Shown in pieces: positions 8,679 to 18,153 of a stretch of DNA of 58,071 nucleotides (positions within the stretch are counted from its first letter, which is position 1; the number at the start of each line of letters is the position of its first letter). A program made the translations under genes and the position numbers. This DNA comes from Candidatus Hermodarchaeota archaeon (lineage in GTDB: Archaea > Asgardarchaeota > Lokiarchaeia > Sigyniarchaeales > SOKP01). Location of the stretch: NCBI GenBank assembly GCA_048885925.1, contig JBHLLG010000016.1, positions 1 to 58,071 of the forward strand, given 5' to 3'. Under the pieces are notes generated by a model, which was not told where the DNA came from, ran no database searches, and saw only the letters and a list, made by a program, of their open reading frames with translations.

Positions 8679-10763
8679 ATGCCCCTAAACATCACTAATT
8701 TTTTAGAAGAAAAATCAGGTGTAATTAAGAGAAAGGATTTACAGAAATCAAAAAATTTAAAGCAAGTTTTTATATCCATAAATCAACATTTATACGGAAA
8801 GCTTAAATATACCGATACCGATACAAGAGCAAGATCAAAACAAATAGTTAATCTCTTATTATGTAAATTGGTTGATGAAATCAATAAAAAAACTGAAGAA
8901 GAACTTGAATTTTGCATAAAAAATAATGAGACTAATAAACAACTTTTTGCAAGAATTCAAAGATTTTTCGATAAGAATGTTCGAGAAAAATATAAGGACA
9001 TTATTGGAGAAAATGAGCAAATTACAATTAATAAAGAACTCCTATATCTCGTTGTTAAAGAATTACAGCACATTTCACTTCTTCAATCCTCTAAAGACAT
9101 ATTAAGTGATGCTTTTGAAATTTTTGTTAGCAAAATTTTAAAAGATGAGGCGGGTCAGTTCTTCACACCTCATAATATAGTAAAATTTATGGTAAATTAT
9201 TTAGACCCTAATATTGATTCTAAAATCTTAGATCCCGCGTGTGGTCATGGTGGTTTTCTTTTAGAAGCAAAAGAGCTTTTATGGTCAAAAATCAATTCAG
9301 AAGAAAAAAAACTTGAATGTATTTCAAATCTTTTTGGTATAGATAAGGATTTATTTTTAGCAAGAATCAGTAAATTGTACTTAGAAATATTAAGTAATGG
9401 GAAATCTAATATATTTTGTGAAGATTCATTGGATCCAAAGAGTTACAGGGCTTTTGCAAAAGAATCAATTAGAAATGATACTTTTGATTATATTTTTACT
9501 AATCCACCATTTGGAGTTAAGATTCCTATAACTGCTAAAGAAATTTTAAATGAATACCAACTGGGACATGTTTGGAAAAATATAAATGATAAATGGAAAA
9601 TACAAAAAAAATTAATTAAACAACAACCTCCTCAAGTTTTGTTTATTGAGAGATGTGTTCAATTACTTAATGATAATGGGAAAATGGGGATTGTTTTACC
9701 TGAGGGAATATTCGGAAATCCTACAGATCGCTATATTTGGGAATATCTTACATCTAATGGTAAAATATTAGGAATTTTTTCCCTAGATCAGAATGCATTT
9801 CAACCTTACACATGTAATAAGACAAGTATCTTATTTTTTCAGAAACTAAATAAGATTCCAGAAGATTATACTATTGATTTTGCTATTGTAGAAAATGTTG
9901 GGCACGATAAAGATGGAAAAATTTTATATGAACTGAACAAAGATGGAAGTAGAAAATTAGATTCTACTGGAAATCCCATAATTAATGATGATCTTACGGA
10001 TTTACATTTTAAAATAAGAGAAGCTGAAGAATTTGATTATTTAAAAGAGCAAAAATTCTTTAAAATAAAATTTAGTCAGATAAAGAATAAAATTTTTATC
10101 CCGATTTATTATACCGGCGTAGAAAAAACTTTAAAGAAGCTCGCAAATGATAATAGTTTCATACTTTTAACTTTTAAAGACTTAATTGATAAGAAAATAA
10201 TTTATTCTAATAAGGGTGGTTATCTCCCTCGAGGAGATGAAATAGGCTCCAATTTATATGGTTTAGGAGAAATCCCATTTATTCGAACTAGTGATTTAAA
10301 TAATTGGGAAATAAATTTGAATTCATATAAAAAAACTAGCGAGGAGGTTTACGAACAATATAAAAATAAACAAAATATCGATGTTGGAGATATTCTTTTG
10401 GTAAAGGATGGTGGTCCTAATCTAATAGGAAAAACTGCTTATGTTACAGAATTAGATATAAAAATAATAATTCAAAGTCATATGTACCAAATTAAAACCT
10501 TAGAAAATGATGAATATATCGATTCATACCTCCTTTTGTATTTATTTAACTTAGATCTCGTTCAAAAACAAATAAAAGCAATTACATTTGTTCAAGGAAC
10601 AATTGCTACTATAGGAAATCGAATCATGGAAGTGGTTTTACCTATTCCTTCTGATACAAACAAAAGAAAAGAAATATCAGAGTACATAAAGAATATAATT
10701 GATTCAAAAGTTAAAATTAAAAGAAAGATTCACCAATTATCATTAGAAACTTTTAATAATTAG
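8679..10763 (+). CDS. Amino-DNA methyltransferase (N6-adenine type) fused to an HsdS-like target-recognition domain
   Basis: GQFFTP, LDPACGHGGFL and TNPPFG motifs; C-terminal IPFIRTSDL...GDILL...GKTA...LPIP TRD signature. Confidence 0.88.
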   Translation: MPLNITNFLEEKSGVIKRKDLQKSKNLKQVFISINQHLYGKLKYTDTDTRARSKQIVNLLLCKLVDEINKKTEEELEFCIKNNETNKQLFARIQRFFDKNVREKYKDIIGENEQITINKELLYLVVKELQHISLLQSSKDILSDAFEIFVSKILKDEAGQFFTPHNIVKFMVNYLDPNIDSKILDPACGHGGFLLEAKELLWSKINSEEKKLECISNLFGIDKDLFLARISKLYLEILSNGKSNIFCEDSLDPKSYRAFAKESIRNDTFDYIFTNPPFGVKIPITAKEILNEYQLGHVWKNINDKWKIQKKLIKQQPPQVLFIERCVQLLNDNGKMGIVLPEGIFGNPTDRYIWEYLTSNGKILGIFSLDQNAFQPYTCNKTSILFFQKLNKIPEDYTIDFAIVENVGHDKDGKILYELNKDGSRKLDSTGNPIINDDLTDLHFKIREAEEFDYLKEQKFFKIKFSQIKNKIFIPIYYTGVEKTLKKLANDNSFILLTFKDLIDKKIIYSNKGGYLPRGDEIGSNLYGLGEIPFIRTSDLNNWEINLNSYKKTSEEVYEQYKNKQNIDVGDILLVKDGGPNLIGKTAYVTELDIKIIIQSHMYQIKTLENDEYIDSYLLLYLFNLDLVQKQIKAITFVQGTIATIGNRIMEVVLPIPSDTNKRKEISEYIKNIIDSKVKIKRKIHQLSLETFNN

Positions 10764-10783
10764 TTCAATAAGATCTCATAATT

Positions 10784-11221
10784 ATGATCATTGAAAAATT
10801 CTCAATGGATTTCTATGAAGAAGTTGTTAAACTTTGGAAAAAAGCAGGGATAAATGTAGGATCTACAGACACTAAAGGAGAAATTGAAAGAATGGTTGAA
10901 CGAAATCCAGATCTTTTCTTAATTGGAAAAGTAGATGAAAAAATAATCAGTGTAGTTATGGGGGGGTTCGATGGAAGAAGAGGATATGTTCATCATCTTG
11001 CTGTTGATCCAGATTATCAAAAAAAAGGGTATGGAATGCAGTTAATGGATGAATTAATCAAAAGATTTCGTAAATTGAGAATACATAAAGTTCATTTATT
11101 CATAGAAAAATATAATAAGGAAGTTGTTAAGTTTTATCTTCACTTAGGTTGGGAAATCAGAGATGATCTAATTATGATGAGTTATATTCCAGATAAAGAA
11201 TTATACAAAATGAGAATTTAA
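10784..11221 (+). CDS. GNAT acetyltransferase (YpeA-like)
   Basis: GFDGRRGYVHHLAVDPDYQKKGYG. Confidence 0.9.
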   Translation: MIIEKFSMDFYEEVVKLWKKAGINVGSTDTKGEIERMVERNPDLFLIGKVDEKIISVVMGGFDGRRGYVHHLAVDPDYQKKGYGMQLMDELIKRFRKLRIHKVHLFIEKYNKEVVKFYLHLGWEIRDDLIMMSYIPDKELYKMRI

Positions 11222-11339
11222 TTTTAAATATTTTTTTGTTAATATTATAAATATAAATTTAACACTTTTTTTTTCAAAATTTTAATAATTTCGAAATGAA
11301 TAATATTACATATTTCTTAAAAAACAAATTTGATTTAAA

Positions 11340-13142
11340 ATGAAGATTGAAATGACACAAGAAGATCTGATTAAATTTTATGGAATTGATAAAAATTGGC
11401 CGAAAGATACACCAAGACATATTGATTATGATAAGATTCCCTTGGGAGATTTTTTAAGTAGGACAGCGCTTAAATATCCAGATTCACAAGCTATCTTTTT
11501 TGAAGGTTTTAGAATGACCTATCTTGAATTGGATACTCTTGTTGACCAATTTGCAACAGGACTTTCCAAACTTGGGATAAAAAAAGGAGATATGGTATGT
11601 ATTGACCTCCCTAATGTTCCTCAATATGTTATCGCTCACTGGGCAGTTATTAGACTTGGAGCAATTTCAAACCCTATTCTTCCAGTTAATAAATTTGTAG
11701 AAATTGTACACCAAGTAAATGATTCAAAGGCTAAGCTATTGATTATTCTAGATTTTTTATATGAGGAATATCTACTTGGAAAGGATCTTGGTAAAATGTC
11801 AACATTAAAAAGTATTATTCTAACTGGGACTGCGGAGTTTTTGCCTAAAATTAAAGCTAAACTTGGACTTGCACTAGGGAAGGTTCCAAGAATGAAAAAT
11901 TGGCCAGATAAAGAAGGTGAGATTAATTTCCATAAGTTTCAAAATATATTACAGAGTGGATTACCTATAAATGTGCCAAAGACTATTATTGATATCGAGA
12001 AAGACCCTAGCATCATTATATATACTGGTGGAACAACAGGTGTTCCTAAAGGGGTATTGACATCTCATCATAATATGATATCAAATACAATGCAAATTGT
12101 TACCTGGGCATATACTCAAGTACCTAAAATGGCAGATGTAAAAGGAAAAGGGGGAATGTTACTAGTTATACCATTAGCTCATTCTTATGGCAATATAGCT
12201 ATGACTGTAGCAGTAGATCAAGGATGGAAACTAATTTTGTTACCACGACCTCCAGATAAAATATCTAATATTTTGAAAGTAATAATGAAAGAGAAAGCTA
12301 CCTATATGCCAGGAGTTCCTACACTCTTTATCAAAGTCAATCAAGACCCTGAATCTGGTAAGTACAAAGATAAACTTACTTCACTTATAGCCTTGATAAG
12401 TGGTGCATCAGCTTTACCTTTCGAAGTTAAAAAGGAATTTGAAGAACTCACAAGTGCAGTTATAGTCGAAGGTTATGGAATGTCAGAATGTTCTCCAATA
12501 TTAACAATTAATCCTTTTATAAATCCATTACAAAAAATAAATACTGTTGGTTTTCCACTGCCAGATACATTAATTAAAATTGTTGATACAGAAGTAGGAA
12601 CAAAAATTCTCCCACAGTGTACTATGGAAAATTGTGATAATTGTGGAACAATTGAGGAACAATACATAGGAGAAATATGTGGAACCGGACCACAAGTAAT
12701 GCTTGGATACCTTGGTAGGAAAGACGATACTGCTTATGCATTAAGAAAAGATGCAAAAGGGATTGTTTGGTATTATACATCTGATATTGGATGTATAGAT
12801 AAAGGAGGATATTTACATATAAAAGATAGAAAAAGGGATATGATTAAAAGGAAAGGCCATGCTGTATTTCCAAGAGAAGTAGAAGATTTAATATATATGC
12901 ATGAAGCAGTGAATGAAGTAGGAGTTATTGGTGTACCTAACCCCGAAACTGGACAAGAAATTAAGGCATTTATATCATTAAAACCAGAATTTCAAGATAA
13001 TGTTAGTAAAGAAGATTTGATGGAATGGTGTTCAAAAAATATTAGTCCATTTAAATATCCAAGAATTATTGAAATTGTACCAGAATTACCCAAGAATATA
13101 ATTGGCAAAATTTTAAGAAGAGAATTGCGTAAAGAAGAATAG
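11340..13142 (+). CDS. Long-chain fatty-acid--CoA ligase
   Basis: YTGGTTGVPKG, EGYGMSE, DRKRDMI and GKILRR. Confidence 0.92.
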   Translation: MKIEMTQEDLIKFYGIDKNWPKDTPRHIDYDKIPLGDFLSRTALKYPDSQAIFFEGFRMTYLELDTLVDQFATGLSKLGIKKGDMVCIDLPNVPQYVIAHWAVIRLGAISNPILPVNKFVEIVHQVNDSKAKLLIILDFLYEEYLLGKDLGKMSTLKSIILTGTAEFLPKIKAKLGLALGKVPRMKNWPDKEGEINFHKFQNILQSGLPINVPKTIIDIEKDPSIIIYTGGTTGVPKGVLTSHHNMISNTMQIVTWAYTQVPKMADVKGKGGMLLVIPLAHSYGNIAMTVAVDQGWKLILLPRPPDKISNILKVIMKEKATYMPGVPTLFIKVNQDPESGKYKDKLTSLIALISGASALPFEVKKEFEELTSAVIVEGYGMSECSPILTINPFINPLQKINTVGFPLPDTLIKIVDTEVGTKILPQCTMENCDNCGTIEEQYIGEICGTGPQVMLGYLGRKDDTAYALRKDAKGIVWYYTSDIGCIDKGGYLHIKDRKRDMIKRKGHAVFPREVEDLIYMHEAVNEVGVIGVPNPETGQEIKAFISLKPEFQDNVSKEDLMEWCSKNISPFKYPRIIEIVPELPKNIIGKILRRELRKEE

Positions 13143-13202
13143 ATTTCTTTTTATATTTTATTTTTTATTTATAATTTTAATGATGAAAGAAAAAAATGAA
13201 TT

Positions 13203-14240
13203 TTATGCGATATTAGAACATAAATTTTTGAGTAACTTTTCTGCCTTTTTTGTGAAACCACATACAATTTCATCAACATCTATAATAGAATTAATTAATC
13301 CACATGATTGCCCTACTGGCACAGCACCATTATCGACATCTCCTTCAGTATAGACAATTTCATATTTATGAAGATCATCTAAAAAACCATCAATATCCAT
13401 CCTACTTTCTTCTTGAACTAATTTTTCTTCTTTTGATAAAACTTCACCATGTTCTAAACAGTATCTGTTCTTGATCAGTCTTATTGGTCCAAAACCTCCT
13501 GTAGTTATCATTGTATCACGATCAGTAGCTGGGGGGATCAGTGCCTTATAATTAGAGTGGAATTCACTTTGATTTGATGCGATAAATCTAGTACCCATAG
13601 CGATTGCATCTGCTCCCAAAGCCAATCCTGCTGCGACACCTTCTGGAGTAGCAAATCCACCGCATGCAACTGTTAATATATCTGGATATTTTTGGACAAC
13701 CTCTTGAATTAAAACTAAAGTCGTAATTCCCTCATAACTTTGATGACCACCTCCCTCAGTTCCAGTTGCAACAACACCATTACATCCAGAATCAACTACT
13801 TTATCCACTAACCACAATGCAGGTGCCACATGAAAATGATACATGTCAGGACAAGATTTTTGCCACATTTTTGCGGCTAGTCTTGGTCCACCAGCGCTAG
13901 TTAAACCATAAATCATTTGCTCTCTAATTTTAGGATTCTCATTTCTCCATTGACCAATTTTTCGCAATAAAATTTTATGATCTGTTTGCATTCTTGCCAC
14001 ACGAATATTAAATCCAAATGGCTTATCTGTATGTTCGATGACATAATCGATTTGGTCTTTAAAGTCTAATACTGAATTTTTTCCCAAAAGGGTTGCATGG
14101 CTTATAACTCCGAGTCCTCCTGCTTCAGAAACAGCTATCGCTAATTCAGTTGTATAGAATGGACCCATGGGAGCACTAATTATTGGATATTTTATCCCAA
14201 ACTCTTCAGTAATTCTAGTTTTAATCACTTTTAATCTCAC
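13203..14240 (-). CDS. Nitronate monooxygenase / FabK-like FMN-dependent oxidoreductase
   Basis: YPIISAPMG, AVSEAGGLG, GTEGGGH and MGTRF. Confidence 0.88.
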   Translation of the reverse strand: MRLKVIKTRITEEFGIKYPIISAPMGPFYTTELAIAVSEAGGLGVISHATLLGKNSVLDFKDQIDYVIEHTDKPFGFNIRVARMQTDHKILLRKIGQWRNENPKIREQMIYGLTSAGGPRLAAKMWQKSCPDMYHFHVAPALWLVDKVVDSGCNGVVATGTEGGGHQSYEGITTLVLIQEVVQKYPDILTVACGGFATPEGVAAGLALGADAIAMGTRFIASNQSEFHSNYKALIPPATDRDTMITTGGFGPIRLIKNRYCLEHGEVLSKEEKLVQEESRMDIDGFLDDLHKYEIVYTEGDVDNGAVPVGQSCGLINSIIDVDEIVCGFTKKAEKLLKNLCSNIA

Positions 14241-14386
14241 TTTCGAAATAAAAATATGATATTTTATAAACTCTTTTAGAAGTAAAAAAGCTACCTAAAT
14301 TAAATGTATTAAATAAATTAATGTTATTCCTTGATCTTTATGTAATAGCATAAAGCTTAGAATACAAAATAAATAAAATAGGTTTA

Positions 14387-15025
14387 TTAAAATGTCATTC
14401 CACACTTCTTACACACATTTTTTTTTGCATAAAGCGGGCTATGACCAACATAACCGAGAACTTTACTCTTATCTTCTTCAACTTTAAGATCTTTCCCCCT
14501 CGCTCCACATTTAGGACAAATTAGACGTTCTTCACTTGTATATTCGGCTGGTGCGACTGGTTTTAATGCTGATAATTCTGATTCAGCATGTTCTAACTTA
14601 GACTTTTGATTATCAATTATTTTTTCTTTCTCTGAAAGATTTTCATTTAGAATTGTTAATTCATTTTCTTTTTCCGATAACTTCGTTGACAACTCTTCAA
14701 CTTTTTTCTTTGATTCACTTAATTCTCCACTTAGTTTATTAATTTCATCTTCTTGCATAGAAACTGTTTTCTTTAAATCATAAACCTCAGAATCCAATTT
14801 ATCAAACTCAGCATTTTTCTTATCTTTACTTTTTTCAATTTCTTCTAGCTTAGATTTTAATTCATTATTTTCTAATTTCAAACCTTCTATTTCGCTGTCT
14901 TTTTCAGAGATTTTACTTTTAAGTTCTTCAATTTTTGCAGAAAATTCATCTAGCTTATGTTGTAATCCTTTAACAACCTTTTCATCTAGACTTTCTGTTA
15001 GGCCTTTTATATCATCTTGAGAAAT
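14387..15025 (-). CDS. Coiled-coil protein with a C-terminal Zn ribbon; probable ATT start at 15025
   Basis: E/K/L heptad-rich sequence, CPKC...CKKC at the C-terminus. Frame stays open upstream of TTG 14881 to 15043; GAGGTG lies 8 nt before the ATT. Confidence 0.75.
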   Translation of the reverse strand: MSQDDIKGLTESLDEKVVKGLQHKLDEFSAKIEELKSKISEKDSEIEGLKLENNELKSKLEEIEKSKDKKNAEFDKLDSEVYDLKKTVSMQEDEINKLSGELSESKKKVEELSTKLSEKENELTILNENLSEKEKIIDNQKSKLEHAESELSALKPVAPAEYTSEERLICPKCGARGKDLKVEEDKSKVLGYVGHSPLYAKKNVCKKCGMTF

Positions 15026-15521
15026 AAATAAGACACCTCTTTCCTATCTCATATAGCATTTTAAAATGTAATAAAGATACGTGATATGCTAAATTGAAAT
15101 TTTTAGCAACTTTTAATAAGTTTTTATAAAAAACTTATAATAGGTATTATATTTAAGCTTTTTTTTTATGTTATTTTTATCTTAATATTGAATTTATAAC
15201 TTTCATAATTAAATAATAAAGAGTCTTTATTATCTTAGATTTGTTTTACTAAAAAAAAAAAATAATGTTAATTACTAACAAATGAATAAATTAAATACTA
15301 AATTATAGTTTTGATGTAATAAAGTGTTATTAAAATTGTATTAAAATTTAAATAAATGTGATATATATCACTATATATTCATGAATTATCCTATAAATTG
15401 TATTAAGCTTGTAATATTTCTTACTATTAATAAGATCATAACTTTTAAATATATAATTATATCTAAAAATATAGAAAAATATATCTATCAAAAATAAAAT
15501 AAAATTTAATTTAATGAGAAG

Positions 15522-18140
15522 ATGTCAAAAACGAAACAAAAAGGAAAAATACAGAAACGAATATTGAGAGTAAATCTGATATTAATAATTGTTCCAATGA
15601 TTATTTTATCAGTCTTTGCTTTTTCTCAGATCAGTGCTTTAGGAGGAACCATTGGACACGATGCCCAAAACAGCATTAAGATAGAGGGATTCAAAGCGCT
15701 TCAAAATAAATCAGTTGATGCTGCTAATTATGTTAACTCTTGGTTTGATCATATATCAGTTGATTTAAATCGAGTAATAAGTTATAATGAAGATTTATTT
15801 AATAATAGAATAAATCTTACAGAGACAAGACCTTCTTATCATCAGTCTGGAATACCAATTCTTCCTAAATTACTCTATTCTAGTAAATATAATAAATATA
15901 TAAATACAACTTTTTCAGATTATACAAATAGTACTTTAATTAACATGTTTGTAAGTAAATTGATCAATAAATCTGCTTATTTAGATTATATCTTTAATCC
16001 TATATACGAATCTAATAACATCTATATTACTTTAATTGCTGGTTATGAAGATGGTATTACTAGAGTCTTTCCTTTTATTAATAATTCGAGATCTATAAGC
16101 CACAACATGAGTACTGAAGAATGGTATAATATTGCTAAAAGTTTAGTAGGTCAAACCTATTTTGGAAGTGTTAATCAATCCTTAATTGGACCTGCAATAT
16201 TAATATCACAAGCAGCTCTTTATGATAATAACAGTATTATTGGATGTTGCAGTATTGAGGTCGAATTATCTTCACTACGAGAATATTTGAGTCAAATAAA
16301 AGTTCATGAAACTGGATATACTGTGATGATAAATAAAGTTGGTACTGCCATTATTCACCCTGATGTACCAAGCACAAGTATAGGGTCTCCGATTATAGAT
16401 TTAGAAGTAAATACAACTGAGTTTTATTCGATTATAGATAATATAATTGATGGAGAGCGTAATACTGAAACTTTTGAAAAAAATGGTCAAACATGGATTA
16501 TATCATATATTCCTATTGGAAAGGGAGGTTATTCAATTGCCACAATCGTTCCGTATTTAGAAATAATTGAATCAGGGATTAATCTACAAAATTCTATTTC
16601 CGCTTTAAACATACCCATGATTGCAATTTTTATTATTGTGTTAGTAATTTTATTCTGTGTAATTATTATTGCTATTTTGATGATGTCAAAAAGAATTACA
16701 AGTCCAATTACACATTTAACTGATTCAATTGATAATATGGTTAGAGGTGACCTTACTAAAGAAATACCAATTAAAAGAAAGCGTAGAAGTAATGAAATAG
16801 GGGTTCTTGCACAATCATTTCAAGCTCTGCTAATCACGATGAGATTAGGAAATGAAAGTTATTATCAAGGTGATAATTATCTCGCCTTTAAGAATTATTC
16901 TGCAGCCTTACAACTATTTAAAACTACACAGAATCTGAAGGGGCAAGGTATATGTTGGAATAATTTAGGGAATATATTTCGTAATTGGGCTGAATTTGAC
17001 AAAGCTAAAAATGCTTATGATAAAGCTATAGAAATTGCACAACAAACAAATGATAATGCAGGATTAAGTTCAAGACTAAATAATAGGGGACTTCTTTTCT
17101 TATCAGAGGGAAACTTTGGATCAGCAGAAGAAGATTTTATAAATGCTCTCAAAATAGATGAAAAAATGATTAGTAGTGATAGAATTGCTACTAGAAAGCG
17201 AAATCTTGGTATATTGAATCTACTAAAAAATGATTTGGATAAATCAAGTAAATATCTTAATGATGCTATTAATATCGACTCAGAATTATCTTTTAAATCC
17301 AATCTTGCTGAAGATCAATTTCAGATTGGGCGCTTGGAGCTTACAAAGAAGAATGTTGAAACTGCTGTTCAAAATCTTGAAACTGCATTAAATATAGCAG
17401 AAGAGTTTGGGAATTATCCATTAATGATGAATATCTTAAAATTACTTATCAATATTTATGATGACCAGGATAATACTATCCTTCTACACAAAACAGAAGC
17501 AAAATTAGGTAAAATCAGTGATATTATTGTACGGAAGAAAGATGTTATATTCGTAATTGATCAATCAGGTAGTATGGAAGATCAAAATAAAATTAGAGCT
17601 GCTAGAAAAGGAGCAAAAGAAGTATTTGACACAGTTATTAACCCAGCAGATAGTATCGCAATAATTGGATTTCATTCTAAAGTAGAACATATCTTAACTT
17701 TAACTAAAAAAGGAGGAAATGTTGAAAAAATTCAGGATATTTTTAAAGGTATTACAAATACACCATATCAAACAGCTTTCTATGATGCTCTAGGATTAGC
17801 TATTGAGATGTTAAATAATACACCAATGGAAAATCAAAAATGGATAGTTGCTCTTACTGATGGACTTGATAATTTTAGCAAGAATTTTTCAGCAAGAACA
17901 CTTTCTCAATACATTACTACACTTGATTATCCCCTCAATATCATTCTCATAGGTGTTGGACGAGAACTTAGAGAAGTTTTTACAGAAATGAGTTTAATTG
18001 TTAATTCATCAATTCGAGGTAAATACATACCAATCTATTCTGAACAAAATCTATCAAAATTGATAGCAGATGCTTTTAAACGGGTTAAAGAAATTATGGC
18101 ATCATCAGAAATAGAAGGATTTACTCCTGAGGAGAAGTAG
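15522..18140 (+). CDS. Membrane sensor: TM-dCache-TM-HAMP-TPR-vWA
   Basis: Two hydrophobic helices flank a Cache-type region (GITRVFP, EEWY, ETGYTVMINK.G.AIIHP). HAMP (TSPITHL...NEIGVLAQSF), TPRs (CWNNLGNIF, RLNNRG) and vWA with MIDAS (VIDQSGS, TAFYDAL, LTDG). Confidence 0.85.
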   Translation: MSKTKQKGKIQKRILRVNLILIIVPMIILSVFAFSQISALGGTIGHDAQNSIKIEGFKALQNKSVDAANYVNSWFDHISVDLNRVISYNEDLFNNRINLTETRPSYHQSGIPILPKLLYSSKYNKYINTTFSDYTNSTLINMFVSKLINKSAYLDYIFNPIYESNNIYITLIAGYEDGITRVFPFINNSRSISHNMSTEEWYNIAKSLVGQTYFGSVNQSLIGPAILISQAALYDNNSIIGCCSIEVELSSLREYLSQIKVHETGYTVMINKVGTAIIHPDVPSTSIGSPIIDLEVNTTEFYSIIDNIIDGERNTETFEKNGQTWIISYIPIGKGGYSIATIVPYLEIIESGINLQNSISALNIPMIAIFIIVLVILFCVIIIAILMMSKRITSPITHLTDSIDNMVRGDLTKEIPIKRKRRSNEIGVLAQSFQALLITMRLGNESYYQGDNYLAFKNYSAALQLFKTTQNLKGQGICWNNLGNIFRNWAEFDKAKNAYDKAIEIAQQTNDNAGLSSRLNNRGLLFLSEGNFGSAEEDFINALKIDEKMISSDRIATRKRNLGILNLLKNDLDKSSKYLNDAINIDSELSFKSNLAEDQFQIGRLELTKKNVETAVQNLETALNIAEEFGNYPLMMNILKLLINIYDDQDNTILLHKTEAKLGKISDIIVRKKDVIFVIDQSGSMEDQNKIRAARKGAKEVFDTVINPADSIAIIGFHSKVEHILTLTKKGGNVEKIQDIFKGITNTPYQTAFYDALGLAIEMLNNTPMENQKWIVALTDGLDNFSKNFSARTLSQYITTLDYPLNIILIGVGRELREVFTEMSLIVNSSIRGKYIPIYSEQNLSKLIADAFKRVKEIMASSEIEGFTPEEK

Positions 18141-18153
18141 GAGGCGATGAAAT

